Under the pieces are notes generated by a model, which worked only from the letters and a program-made list of their open reading frames with translations, made no database searches and was not told the DNA's origin. A stretch of 64,000 nt of DNA, taken from contig CAIQGA010000111.1 of NCBI GenBank assembly GCA_903871235.1, positions 8,662 through 72,661 of the forward strand. The letters run 5' to 3'. Shown here one piece after another: positions 38,131-47,684 of the stretch; within the stretch, counting starts at the first letter, position 1; every line of letters begins with the position of its first letter. The position numbers and the translations under genes are program-made. This stretch comes from an uncultured Chlorobiaceae bacterium. GTDB taxonomy: Bacteria; Bacteroidota; Chlorobiia; Chlorobiales; Chlorobiaceae.

Positions 38131-38211
38131 GAGCTGACGCTTATGAAACCTGCCGATGATGCCATGTACCAGTCGAAGAGCAGGGGGTGAAATTGCTTTA
38201 CTCTTTTTGGG
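38131..38211 (+). pseudogene. GGDEF-domain C-terminal remnant
   Basis: ELTLMKPADDAMYQSKSRG*NCFTLFG versus ELTLMKHADDAMYKSKSDGKNRITVFG at the end of the cyclase (3768-3847). Confidence 0.8.
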
Positions 38212-38220
38212 AATAAGGTG

Positions 38221-38802
38221 TCATAAAAAGGCTTTGAGCGCCTTGCAGACCCGTGAGAGGGGGAGGCCGACTACATTGTAGTAGCATCCTTCAATTCGCC
38301 GGACGTGGCAGGCCATGAGGGGATCCTGAATGCCGTAGGCGCCTGCCTTGTCGAAAGGTTTTTCTGAGAGGAGGTAGCGCTTTATTTCATTGTCTGACAT
38401 GGGCTCAAATTCAACGGTGGTGGTCACGCATTCGGTGTGGGTTTTAAGTCCAAAAAGGAGCACAAAACCGGTATAGACCCGGTGCGAGCGGTTCTGGAGG
38501 CTTTTGAGCATATCGAACGCATCGTCAAATCCTGCCGGTTTTCCATAGATTCGGTTTCCTTTTGCCACGACGGTATCGGCGGTGAGAATGATGCTGCTTT
38601 TTCTTCTTTCTGGCGACAGCAGCAGCAGGGCTGCCTCTGCTTTTTCAAGCGAGATTCTGGTGACATTTTCTTCGATTGAGCGCGAGGGGTCGAGGACTTC
38701 CGGAGTCTCGACCGCCAGGGTTTCAAATGGGAGGAGCGTCAATGAGAGAATGTCGCGCCTTCTTGGTGACTGTGATGCAAGAATAAGTGCCGGTTTGGCC
38801 AT
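38221..38802 (-). CDS. maf: Maf-family nucleoside triphosphate pyrophosphatase
   Basis: LILASQSPRRRDIL, ADTVV, YGKP, DKAGAYGIQ, YNVVGLP. Confidence 0.95.
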   Translation of the reverse strand: MAKPALILASQSPRRRDILSLTLLPFETLAVETPEVLDPSRSIEENVTRISLEKAEAALLLLSPERRKSSIILTADTVVAKGNRIYGKPAGFDDAFDMLKSLQNRSHRVYTGFVLLFGLKTHTECVTTTVEFEPMSDNEIKRYLLSEKPFDKAGAYGIQDPLMACHVRRIEGCYYNVVGLPLSRVCKALKAFL

Positions 38803-38812
38803 AAGTACCTTG

Positions 38813-40570
38813 TCAGTTCAGGTTGTTCCAGCCCCTGCGGTTCAGGTCTGCAAAGATAAGTGAGCCGGCTATGACTCCCGCACCAAGATAGAGTGAGCCC
38901 TGGAGCATGTCGCCAAAGATGAATTTTCCGGTACCGAAAAGGATTGCGTAGATCATGATGATGCCGAGAGCCCAGTCAACAAAGAGCATGACAAAGCCGC
39001 TGTCGGATTCCACATCGGGCAGATTCTTTGAGATTTTTTTCCAGAACCGGCCTCCGACCCGTGTGGTTCTGTAGAAGAGCTCCAACTGGGCGGTTTCGGT
39101 TGGAGGTGTCAGAAAGGTGACGATAAGGGTTGCCGTGATGGTAAAGGCAACGATGATGAAAATTGAGAAAGGGAAGGTGACGGTGGTAAAGAGCTGCAAC
39201 CAGGTAAAGGCAATAAAGGGAGCCACCATCGAGGTGATTTCTGACCACGCGTTCAGTCTCCACCAGAACCAGCGGAGGATCAAGACAAAGCCGGTACCGG
39301 CACCGCACTGAATAATGAACTCCCATGCGCCGGTGATGGTGTCGAGCACAAAGAAGGTGATATAGAGGGCAAAGGCCGCAGTCAAAAATGTGGTGATTTT
39401 GGAGACTGTCACATAGTGCTTGTCACTGGCGCCTATTTTCAGAAAGCGCTTGTAAAAGTCGTTGATGAGGTAGCTCGTGCCCCAGTTCAGATGGGTTGAT
39501 AGCGTTGACATGTAGGCCGCAAGGAAGGCGGCGATCAGCAGCCCTTTCAGTCCGGGAGGGAGTACCGCCTTCATGACGTAGACAAAGCCATCCTCTTTCT
39601 GGTTCATGGGAAGGTCGGGAAACATGACGAGGCTGACCAGGCCGACAATAATCCAGGGCCACGGCCGCAGGCAGTAATGGGCTACGGTGAACCAGAGCGT
39701 TGCCAGGAGTGAGTGTTTTTCGTTTTTGGCGCTCATCATGCGCTGGGCGATATAGCCGCCGCCGCCGGGCTCTGAGCCGGGGTACCAGGATGACCACCAC
39801 TGAACAAAGGCCATGGCAGCAAAGGAGATGAAGGGAAGGGCGATCGCTCCCGTGATGCTTTTGCCTGATGAGGTGAAGGTGGGGAAAAAGTCGAACATCC
39901 AGGCAGGCAGGGCTTTGGTGAGGCCTCCGGCAGAGACGACAACGGGTGATTGAACGGCAAGAACGGCAAGAATGATACAGCCTGCCATAGCGATGACAAA
40001 TTGCACGGCATCGGTAATGGAGACTCCCCAGAGCCCTGAGAGGCCTGAATAAAAGGTGGTCAGCAGCACGAGGGCAACAATGGTCAGTACGGGGTCCAGC
40101 TCCGGCACCATGATTCTGATAATCTTGTACATGGCGAGGTTGACCCAGCCGATAATGACGGCGTTAATGAAGAGCCCGAAATAGATCGCCTTGAAGCCGC
40201 GCAAAAAACGGGCGGCCGGGCCGCTGTAGCGCAGTTCAATGAACTCAAGGTCGGTTAAGATTTCGGCCCTTCGCCAGAGTCGGGCAAAAAAGAAGACGGT
40301 CAGCATCCCGCCTGAAACAAAGGTCCACCAGACCCAGTTACCGGCAATACCGTTTTTGGCTACAAATCCGGCCACTGCCAGGGGAGTGTCGGCGGCAAAG
40401 GTTGTTGCCACCATGCCGGTACCGGCAATCCACCAGGGAAGCTGGCGCCCGGAAAGAAAAAATTCACCGACATTTTCCGAGGCGCGTTTGGAGAACCAGA
40501 GTCCGATAACAAGCGTCAGCAAAAGGTAGCCGACGATGAAACTGTAATCGAGGAGGTTGAGCGATTCCAT
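38813..40570 (-). CDS. Sodium:solute symporter family protein
   Basis: FFLSGRQLPWWIAG..MVATTFAADT, YIAQRMMSAK, AAYMSTLS; many TM helices. Confidence 0.92.
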   Translation of the reverse strand: MESLNLLDYSFIVGYLLLTLVIGLWFSKRASENVGEFFLSGRQLPWWIAGTGMVATTFAADTPLAVAGFVAKNGIAGNWVWWTFVSGGMLTVFFFARLWRRAEILTDLEFIELRYSGPAARFLRGFKAIYFGLFINAVIIGWVNLAMYKIIRIMVPELDPVLTIVALVLLTTFYSGLSGLWGVSITDAVQFVIAMAGCIILAVLAVQSPVVVSAGGLTKALPAWMFDFFPTFTSSGKSITGAIALPFISFAAMAFVQWWSSWYPGSEPGGGGYIAQRMMSAKNEKHSLLATLWFTVAHYCLRPWPWIIVGLVSLVMFPDLPMNQKEDGFVYVMKAVLPPGLKGLLIAAFLAAYMSTLSTHLNWGTSYLINDFYKRFLKIGASDKHYVTVSKITTFLTAAFALYITFFVLDTITGAWEFIIQCGAGTGFVLILRWFWWRLNAWSEITSMVAPFIAFTWLQLFTTVTFPFSIFIIVAFTITATLIVTFLTPPTETAQLELFYRTTRVGGRFWKKISKNLPDVESDSGFVMLFVDWALGIIMIYAILFGTGKFIFGDMLQGSLYLGAGVIAGSLIFADLNRRGWNNLN

Positions 40571-40606
40571 CTCTTTTTTGTTAAAATTATTGTTGCCTGC
40601 TTACCC

Positions 40607-41518
40607 TTACTCGTCTATTCTTGAAAGTTCGCGGAAGCTCTGGTAGCGGTCTTCAATTTCAAGCAGATTAAGTGCGGCAATTTTTTCGGTACCGAATTTT
40701 TCCACGCAGAAGCTCGCCATTGCGCTGCCGTAGAGCACCGCCCGGCGCATTTCAGTATCGGTGATGGTTTCACAGCGTGAAAGGTGGCCGATAAAGCCTC
40801 CTGCAAAGGTGTCGCCAGCTCCGGTTGGGTCATAGATGGATTCAAGCGGGAAAGCCGGAGCAGCAAAGATGCCGTTGTCGGTGAAGAGAAGGGCGCCGTG
40901 CTCTCCTTTTTTGATGATCAGGGTTTTCGGTCCCATCTGGCGGATGATTCTTGCCGATTTGACAAGGTTTGGGTCGCCGCTGAGCAGCCTTGCCTCGCTG
41001 TCGTTCAGGATGAAAATATCAACTTGTTCAAGGGTTTTTTTCAGCTCTTCAGGTTTTCCTTCGATCCAGAAGTTCATGGTGTCGAGGATGACCAGTTTCG
41101 GCTTCTTGATCTGGTCGAGCACTTTGAGTTGCAGTTCGGGGTCGATATTGCCGAGGCAGACAAATTCCGCATTGCGGTACTGCTGGGGTACAACGGGATC
41201 GAAATCAGCAAAGACGTTCAACTGGGTGTCGAGCGTGTCGCGGGTGTTCATGTCGTAGTGGTAACGGCCAGCCCAGCGGAAGGTTTTTCCCCCTTCGACC
41301 ATCTGCACCCCTTTGGTGTCGATGTTTTTGGAGTGCAGCAGTTCAAAATGTTTCTCCTCAAAGTCGGAACCGACGACGCCTACCATCTGGATGGAGTCGG
41401 TAAAATAGCTTGCCGAGAGGGCGATGTAGGTGGATGAGCCGCCAAGGGTGTTGTCGGAGCGTCCAAAAGGGGTTTCGATGTCGTCAAAGGCAAGGGAGCC
41501 GACAATGAGAATAGACAT
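40607..41518 (-). CDS. PfkB-family carbohydrate/nucleoside kinase
   Basis: LGGSSTY, IIKKGEHGA, DPTGAGDTFAGG. Confidence 0.93.
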   Translation of the reverse strand: MSILIVGSLAFDDIETPFGRSDNTLGGSSTYIALSASYFTDSIQMVGVVGSDFEEKHFELLHSKNIDTKGVQMVEGGKTFRWAGRYHYDMNTRDTLDTQLNVFADFDPVVPQQYRNAEFVCLGNIDPELQLKVLDQIKKPKLVILDTMNFWIEGKPEELKKTLEQVDIFILNDSEARLLSGDPNLVKSARIIRQMGPKTLIIKKGEHGALLFTDNGIFAAPAFPLESIYDPTGAGDTFAGGFIGHLSRCETITDTEMRRAVLYGSAMASFCVEKFGTEKIAALNLLEIEDRYQSFRELSRIDE

Positions 41519-41553
41519 AGGAAAAAAATGGATAATGGTTAATTAAAAAGTTG

Positions 41554-41640
41554 TCAGTTGTCAGTAATCAGTAGTCAGTTGTCAGTAGTCAGTTGTCAGT
41601 AATCAGCCAACTGAAAACTGATTACTGATGGCTGATTACT
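41554..41640. repeat. TCAGTNN heptamer array followed by inverted copies
   Basis: TCAGTTG TCAGTAA TCAGTAG TCAGTTG TCAGTAG TCAGTTG TCAGTAA TCAGCCA, then ACTGAAA ACTGATT ACTGATG GCTGATT; 12-bp inverted repeat agtaatcagcca / tggctgattact. Confidence 0.9.
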
Positions 41641-41645
41641 TTTTT

Positions 41646-43556
41646 TCAGAGCTCAGGCGGAAGCTCAAAGAGCATGCACTGGCCCGGTTTGCAGCTTACC
41701 TCAAGCCGATGCGCCTTGATTAAACACTCTGTTTCGCTGATGAGGTCGAAGAGAGAGTCGTTTTCCATACTGAATTCAAGAAATCCACTTCTTGTTTCTG
41801 TCAGGTTGCTGTTGCCGATAAAGAGAAGCGAGCGGCCAGCCAGGGTTCTCATGACGGCAAAGAGCTCCGGTTGGCTGGTATAGGGGATGGCTATTGAGCC
41901 GGTTTCGCCCGAGAGTACAAGGTCGAGGTAGCGTGAGCGTATTTCAAGGATTTTACGGATATACCGGTTGAGGGGTATGAGGCCATTGCTCTTTTCCCAG
42001 TCAAAACTGAGTGCACTGAAGAGCGGCAGTTTTTCCGGCGGATAGAGGGCGCGGTCTTCATCAGTGAAATTCAGGCCAAGGTTTACCGGATACCATTCGC
42101 AGAGTTCCATGCCCGAATGGAGAAAAGGGATGGTCGGCAGTATGGCACTGAGCGTAAAGATAAAGATTGAGTGGTTGCGGCCAGCCTCCTGACGGGGATA
42201 GCGGAAACAGACGCGCGGGGTGTTGTGATTTTCACCCGTACCAAAAAAGGGTAGTGCGACGCCGGTTTTGTTCAGGTGGTTCAGTAGCCCCCGGATAAAA
42301 ACGATATCGTGGATGACAAAAGGCAGAGAGCCGAAGACCGCATCAAACCCTTCGTTGCTGATTTCGGGCGAAGGATTGAAATTTTCATCCCAGAAGGCAA
42401 AATCGGCCCTTTTTTCGCGTGCCTTTCGGACAATGGTTTGTTTGAGCAGCGTTGGCAGGGCATGGCCCATGTCAATCATTGCACCATCAATCTGGTATTC
42501 CTCCTGAAAATCGGGGATGATACCGGCAATCTCCTCCCAGAGGCTGCGGTTGAAGGTTTCCGGATTGTCGAGGGCCGCGTCGTACATTCGGATGGTGTTG
42601 TAGGCAATGTAGTTGAACGCCTCATGGGTGTGCATTTTCAGATAGGTGACATCACTCCATGCTGGCTGCTGGTCGTCAGGGGGCCAGTCGGAGAATGCGC
42701 TTGCAATATGGCACGCTGTGCCGTCTGCCGCAATGCCTTGAAGAGTGCTGTCATTACCAGAAAGCGCTACCGGTTGCTCAACGAATTGTTCACGGTAGTG
42801 TGCAGGGGGGGAGGGAAGATTATGCAACTCATGGCGGTCAACAACCTCATAAATACGGTTGAGTGTTGGTTGATCAAAATGGGGTGGCCCGTAGTTTCGG
42901 GTTTGCTCATTTTCTTTCAGCCAGTAAAACCATTCAGGATGCTTTTGTATCCAACTGCTGTCAACAGAGGCTGTCCTGAAAACAAACTCCAGCACGACGT
43001 GCATGTCGAGGAGGTGTGCGGCTTCAACAAATGCTTTGAGGAGCAGCTCCGCCGAAAGCCCGAGTGCCGGTTCAGCGAGCAATGGGTCAAGTTTTCTCGG
43101 ATTTTTAACGGCATAGGGGGAGCCGAGAGAGCCTTTTTTGCTTTGCTGTCCTATTTCGGTGAGTGGAAGAAGGTAGATGGTATTTGCGCCGAGATTTTTT
43201 ATATACGGCAGAAGCGCGATGGCCTTCAGCAGGGTGCCGGTCTCCCTGAAGCCGCTCGTAAGCGGTTCAGTGCTGATGGAACCATCGCCGTCATGGTCAA
43301 AAGCAGCGGCGAGGCGGACAAAGAGGTTATAGACTACGGCCGCTTTTTTCCACTCGTTGTCTTTTGGTTTCGGTACATTGTTTTCGCCATCGAGAATTGT
43401 TTCGATGATTCGGGCAAAGTATGTGGCGGGGTCGACCTGTTCGGTACAACCCTCTTTTCCGCTCCAGATGCCGGGAACACTGTAGTCGTTTCCGGTTTCA
43501 GGACGCTGAAGGCTTTGCAGCGCATAAAGAAGTGAGGCCAGGTGGGTTTTCTGCAA
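41646..43556 (-). CDS. GH13 alpha-amylase-family glycoside hydrolase
   Basis: [34 protein letters not shown]. Confidence 0.87.
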   Translation of the reverse strand: MQKTHLASLLYALQSLQRPETGNDYSVPGIWSGKEGCTEQVDPATYFARIIETILDGENNVPKPKDNEWKKAAVVYNLFVRLAAAFDHDGDGSISTEPLTSGFRETGTLLKAIALLPYIKNLGANTIYLLPLTEIGQQSKKGSLGSPYAVKNPRKLDPLLAEPALGLSAELLLKAFVEAAHLLDMHVVLEFVFRTASVDSSWIQKHPEWFYWLKENEQTRNYGPPHFDQPTLNRIYEVVDRHELHNLPSPPAHYREQFVEQPVALSGNDSTLQGIAADGTACHIASAFSDWPPDDQQPAWSDVTYLKMHTHEAFNYIAYNTIRMYDAALDNPETFNRSLWEEIAGIIPDFQEEYQIDGAMIDMGHALPTLLKQTIVRKAREKRADFAFWDENFNPSPEISNEGFDAVFGSLPFVIHDIVFIRGLLNHLNKTGVALPFFGTGENHNTPRVCFRYPRQEAGRNHSIFIFTLSAILPTIPFLHSGMELCEWYPVNLGLNFTDEDRALYPPEKLPLFSALSFDWEKSNGLIPLNRYIRKILEIRSRYLDLVLSGETGSIAIPYTSQPELFAVMRTLAGRSLLFIGNSNLTETRSGFLEFSMENDSLFDLISETECLIKAHRLEVSCKPGQCMLFELPPEL

Positions 43557-43628
43557 CGTGATGCTATTGTTTTTCGGGGATGTAATTCTTATTTGAGAGG
43601 CAATGTACTAAAGATTTTATTTCTCTTT

Positions 43629-44360
43629 ATGAAGAACATTCGGATTACTGTTGAATATGATGGAACCTCTTTTGCCGGATGGCAACGACAGTCTGGTACT
43701 TTTGTAACGGTTCAGGGGAGTATTGAGGCGGCTCTTGGCAAGATTTTGCAGGAAGAGGTTTCTCTTGCGGCTGCGGGAAGAACCGACAAAGGAGTTCACG
43801 CCAGGGCCCAGACGGCAAATTTTTTTACAGAGTCACTGATGGAGCTACCCAGAATTGCCCATTCACTGAATTCGATTCTGCCAAAAACCATAAGGATAAG
43901 CAATCCGGTGGAGGTTGATTTTGATTTTCATGCCCGTCACAGTGCAAGAGAGAGAGAGTACCGCTATTTTCTTCTTGAGGAGCCGTCGGCGATTTATGGG
44001 CGTTTTGCGGGTTGTTCGTTTGGAAAGCTTGATGTTGCACGTATGCAGCAATTGGCGGCACTTATGGTCGGAACGCATGACTTTTCGGCCTTCTCAAGGG
44101 AGAATCGGGATAATCCCGGGAAAATCTGCACGGTAAAAGCTTGCAAATGGTACTCCTCCAGAGAGGTTATGGTGTTGCGGATTTCAGCAGACCGTTTTTT
44201 GCGCAGTATGGTGCGTTATCTTGTTGATGCCATGATACGAGCAGGAAAGGGAATTCTGACGCAGGAAGAGTTCTGCCGGATGCTTGAAAGCGGGATTATG
44301 ACGAGTCAGCTTAATCCGGCATTGCCTGGCGGTCTTTTTTTGTGGAAGGTGAGCTATTGA
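43629..44360 (+). CDS. truA: tRNA pseudouridine(38-40) synthase
   Basis: EYDGTSFAGWQRQ, AGRTDKGVHA, FHARHSA, FLRSMVR, GLFL. ATG at 43629. Confidence 0.96.
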   Translation: MKNIRITVEYDGTSFAGWQRQSGTFVTVQGSIEAALGKILQEEVSLAAAGRTDKGVHARAQTANFFTESLMELPRIAHSLNSILPKTIRISNPVEVDFDFHARHSAREREYRYFLLEEPSAIYGRFAGCSFGKLDVARMQQLAALMVGTHDFSAFSRENRDNPGKICTVKACKWYSSREVMVLRISADRFLRSMVRYLVDAMIRAGKGILTQEEFCRMLESGIMTSQLNPALPGGLFLWKVSY

Positions 44361-44516
44361 CTGCTGGATTTCTTTTCATGGCGACGAGATATAAAAGTAC
44401 ATGATTATTGTAATAGTCAGGAACTGTTTTTATGTTACTTTGTTAATTCAATGGGGATTTTTGCTGTTGCAGCATGGATCGTTTAACAACCATTCCTCTA
44501 ATTCAAACTGCCGCTT

Positions 44517-46232
44517 GTGAAAATCAGTTTCTCTTTTATGATACTCAGGGTGTTGCTGTCGGCACTTTTTTTACAGTTCCTGTCGGCCCCTCTTTGTGCT
44601 GCCGATTCCATCACAAAAAACAGGGATTTTTTTGCCAGATCCTCTGTTTCCGAGATTCTTGACAGTCTGGTGAATGCAACCTATTTCAAGGATGAACACT
44701 TTTCTGTTCCGTTAAAAGAGGGTGACAAGTTTGGCTTCCCTTCTACCTTTGTACCCCAGTACAGTGATTCTGTCTATGCTGCAAGAATTGCTGTACTCAG
44801 ACGCAAAACAGCGATACCTCTCGTCTATAACAGTCATGTTCGTGGATTTATAAGACTTTATGCTATCGACAAGAGAGCTTCGACGGCAAAAATTCTTGGA
44901 CTGACCAAACTCTATTTTCCTCTTTTTGAAGAAAAGCTTGGTGCATATAATGTGCCTGCTGAAATAAAATATCTGGCGATTGTCGAATCAGCCCTCAACC
45001 CGACGGCGGTCTCTTCTGCCGGGGCGAGGGGGTTGTGGCAGTTTATGTATGGGACAGGAAAAATGTACGGTATGAAGTCATCCTCTTTTATCGAGGATCG
45101 GTATGACCCCTATAAATCTTCGGTTGCAGCAAGCCGATATTTGCGTGATCTCTACAACATGTATGGAGACTGGTTCCTCGCTCTTGCGGCATATAATTCA
45201 GGTCCGGGAAATGTCAACAAGGCGATCAGGAGGGCGGGTGGAATCAAGGATTACTGGGCAATATGGGATTATCTTCCCGCCGAAACCAGAGGTTATGTAC
45301 CGGCATTTATTGCTGTAAACTACATTATGAACTACGCCACAGAGCATAACATCCGTCCGGTTGAACCTGGATTTTTGTATCAGGATGTCGATACATTGCA
45401 AACAACTCGCGTTTTGTCGTTTGAGCAGATCAGTGAGACCCTGGGTTTGCCGATGCGAGATCTTCAGTTTCTTAACCCGCAGTACAAGCTTGGCATCATT
45501 CCTTCAGCCAGCTCTTTTTTGCCAAATGTTCTCAGGCTTCCGAAAAAATATATTGCTCAGTTTCAGAGGCGGGAAGAGGAAATCTATGCTTATAAGTCTG
45601 CGGTAACCACTGAACGTGAGGGGCTTTATGCCCGGCTTGAAAGTCTGAATGCTGGAACTGGTGTTCAGTCTGCGGAGCCTGGTTCGGCTGAAACGGGCGG
45701 GAAGATACATGTTGTGCAGCAGGGAGAGAGCCTTGGCTCGATTGCAAGAATGTATCGCGCCTATATCAGTCAGCTTATAGCATGGAATAACCTTAAAGAA
45801 GCAGATGTTACTCCCGGGCAGAAACTTATTGTTTTTGGTGCACCAGACAGTGGCGCGTCATCTCAGGCCGGACCGAAAAATAGTGAAGGCTCAAGGATGA
45901 CTGTTGAAAAGAAAACGACAGCACGTCACAGGGTGAAAAGAGGTGAAACTCTTTTCTTTATTGCCAGAAAGTACAACACCACTCTTCAGCGACTGGTTGC
46001 ACTGAACGATCTGGGGGGCAGGATGAGGATTGTTCCTGGCCAGCGTATCAAGGTTGACGGGGAGGTTTCAATAAGTGAAAGCCGTTCATCATCAACAAAG
46101 GTTTCAGCGGCAAAGCATATCAGGTTGACTGCTAGAAAAAGCAGTTCATCATCGAGGAGGGTTTCGGCCGCAAAACATCATAACGTAAAAAAAGAGAGCC
46201 GTCCGGCTCATGCCCGTAAGCGCAGAAGGTGA
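44517..46232 (+). CDS. mltD: Membrane-bound lytic murein transglycosylase D-like protein with LysM domains
   Basis: [38 protein letters not shown]; Lys[10 protein letters not shown] and HRVKRGETL. Confidence 0.92.
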   Translation: MKISFSFMILRVLLSALFLQFLSAPLCAADSITKNRDFFARSSVSEILDSLVNATYFKDEHFSVPLKEGDKFGFPSTFVPQYSDSVYAARIAVLRRKTAIPLVYNSHVRGFIRLYAIDKRASTAKILGLTKLYFPLFEEKLGAYNVPAEIKYLAIVESALNPTAVSSAGARGLWQFMYGTGKMYGMKSSSFIEDRYDPYKSSVAASRYLRDLYNMYGDWFLALAAYNSGPGNVNKAIRRAGGIKDYWAIWDYLPAETRGYVPAFIAVNYIMNYATEHNIRPVEPGFLYQDVDTLQTTRVLSFEQISETLGLPMRDLQFLNPQYKLGIIPSASSFLPNVLRLPKKYIAQFQRREEEIYAYKSAVTTEREGLYARLESLNAGTGVQSAEPGSAETGGKIHVVQQGESLGSIARMYRAYISQLIAWNNLKEADVTPGQKLIVFGAPDSGASSQAGPKNSEGSRMTVEKKTTARHRVKRGETLFFIARKYNTTLQRLVALNDLGGRMRIVPGQRIKVDGEVSISESRSSSTKVSAAKHIRLTARKSSSSSRRVSAAKHHNVKKESRPAHARKRRR

Positions 46233-46402
46233 GATGAGCGGGAAACAGATTTTTATTGCGGCGGTAAAATTGATTTTCGTCGTGTTCTATAAAGGATAAT
46301 TTTATTATCTTGAGCCTTTTCAGGTTAGTCAACTGACGGAGAATAAGTGTTGGTAAAGAGAGCTTTATTCAATAATTCTTTAAATGAGAATCATTAAAAC
46401 GT

Positions 46403-47590
46403 ATGCGTAATATCATTTTTACCGGAAAAGGTGGAGTTGGTAAAACTTCTGTAGCCGCCGCAACAGCGCTCAGAGCAGCAGATATGGGGTACAAGACCCT
46501 CATTATGTCTACCGATCCGGCCCACAGTCTGGGTGACTCACTCGATGTTCAGTTAGGACCTTCCCCGGTTAAAGTTGCTGAAAACCTCTGGGGTCAGGAA
46601 GTCAGCGTTTTTGGTGATCTCAATCTGAACTGGGACGTCGTCAGGGAACATTTTGCCCATCTGATGGAATCCAGGGGTATTGAAGGTGTTTATGCTGAGG
46701 AAATGGGTGTACTTCCAGGTATGGAAGAGCTCTTTTCGCTTTCGTATATCAAGCGTTATAATGAACAGCAGGAGTATGACCTCCTTGTTGTTGACTGTGC
46801 GCCTACCGGCGAGACCCTTCGTTTGCTCTCCCTGCCTGAGACATTTGGATGGTTTATCAAGCTTATCCGCAATGTTGAAAAATTCATGGTGAAACCGGTT
46901 ATCAGACCGCTTTCAAAGAAAATCAAGAAAATAGACGATTTTGTGGCTCCGGTAGAGGTTTATGACAAGGTTGATAACCTTTTCTCTTCCACGGAAGGTA
47001 TTATTGATTTGCTGGCCGACAGCTCAAAAACAACCATGCGTCTTGTCATGAATCCTGAAAAGATGGTTATCAAGGAGTCTATGCGCGCCTTGACCTATCT
47101 TAACCTCTATGGCATTACTGTTGATCGTATTACCATCAACCGCGTCATGCCTGACCAGAGCCCGGATCCTTATTTCCAGAAATGGCGTGCCATTCAGCAG
47201 AAGTATATTGAGCAGATCCAGGAAGCTTTTGCCCCAATCCCCATCACTGAAGTTCCGTTGTTTGATGATGAGGTTGTTGGTATGCCGATGCTTCGCAGGG
47301 TCGGTGAAAAAGTGTATGGTGACCTGAATCCCCTTGATATTTTCTTCAACGAGAATCCTATTGATATCAAAAAGGTTTCTGATGGTCATTACAAGGTTCG
47401 TGTCAGATTGCCCTTCATGGAGAACATGGGTCTTGAACCAAAAATCCTCAAGCTTGGCGATGATCTTACCATTCGTATTGGTGATTATCAGAAGATTGTG
47501 GCTTTGCCGATTTTCCTTGCAGGCATGGAATCTACAGGCGCCTCTTATGAAGACAAGTGGCTGAGTATTGATTTCTCCAAGGCAAAATAA
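46403..47590 (+). CDS. arsA: ArsA/Get3 (TRC40)-family ATPase with C-terminal HSP20-like domain
   Basis: [29 protein letters not shown]; C-terminal ~80-aa beta domain. Confidence 0.9.
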   Translation: MRNIIFTGKGGVGKTSVAAATALRAADMGYKTLIMSTDPAHSLGDSLDVQLGPSPVKVAENLWGQEVSVFGDLNLNWDVVREHFAHLMESRGIEGVYAEEMGVLPGMEELFSLSYIKRYNEQQEYDLLVVDCAPTGETLRLLSLPETFGWFIKLIRNVEKFMVKPVIRPLSKKIKKIDDFVAPVEVYDKVDNLFSSTEGIIDLLADSSKTTMRLVMNPEKMVIKESMRALTYLNLYGITVDRITINRVMPDQSPDPYFQKWRAIQQKYIEQIQEAFAPIPITEVPLFDDEVVGMPMLRRVGEKVYGDLNPLDIFFNENPIDIKKVSDGHYKVRVRLPFMENMGLEPKILKLGDDLTIRIGDYQKIVALPIFLAGMESTGASYEDKWLSIDFSKAK

Positions 47591-47630
47591 ATCTGGTGAT
47601 TGCTTCGACGCTCATTCAGTTGTTAAAGAC

Positions 47631-47665
47631 AATAAAAAACCTGCTGGCAAGGCAGGTTTTTTATT
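47631..47665. terminator. Bidirectional intrinsic terminator between arsA and serA
   Basis: aataaaaaacctgc-N7-gcaggttttttatt between convergent genes. Confidence 0.88.
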
Positions 47666-47684
47666 GAGCATTTTTTCAGGATTC

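Noticed and set aside
42309-43535. 408-aa plus-strand ORF
   Set aside because: Entirely antisense to the GH13 gene; no recognisable domain.
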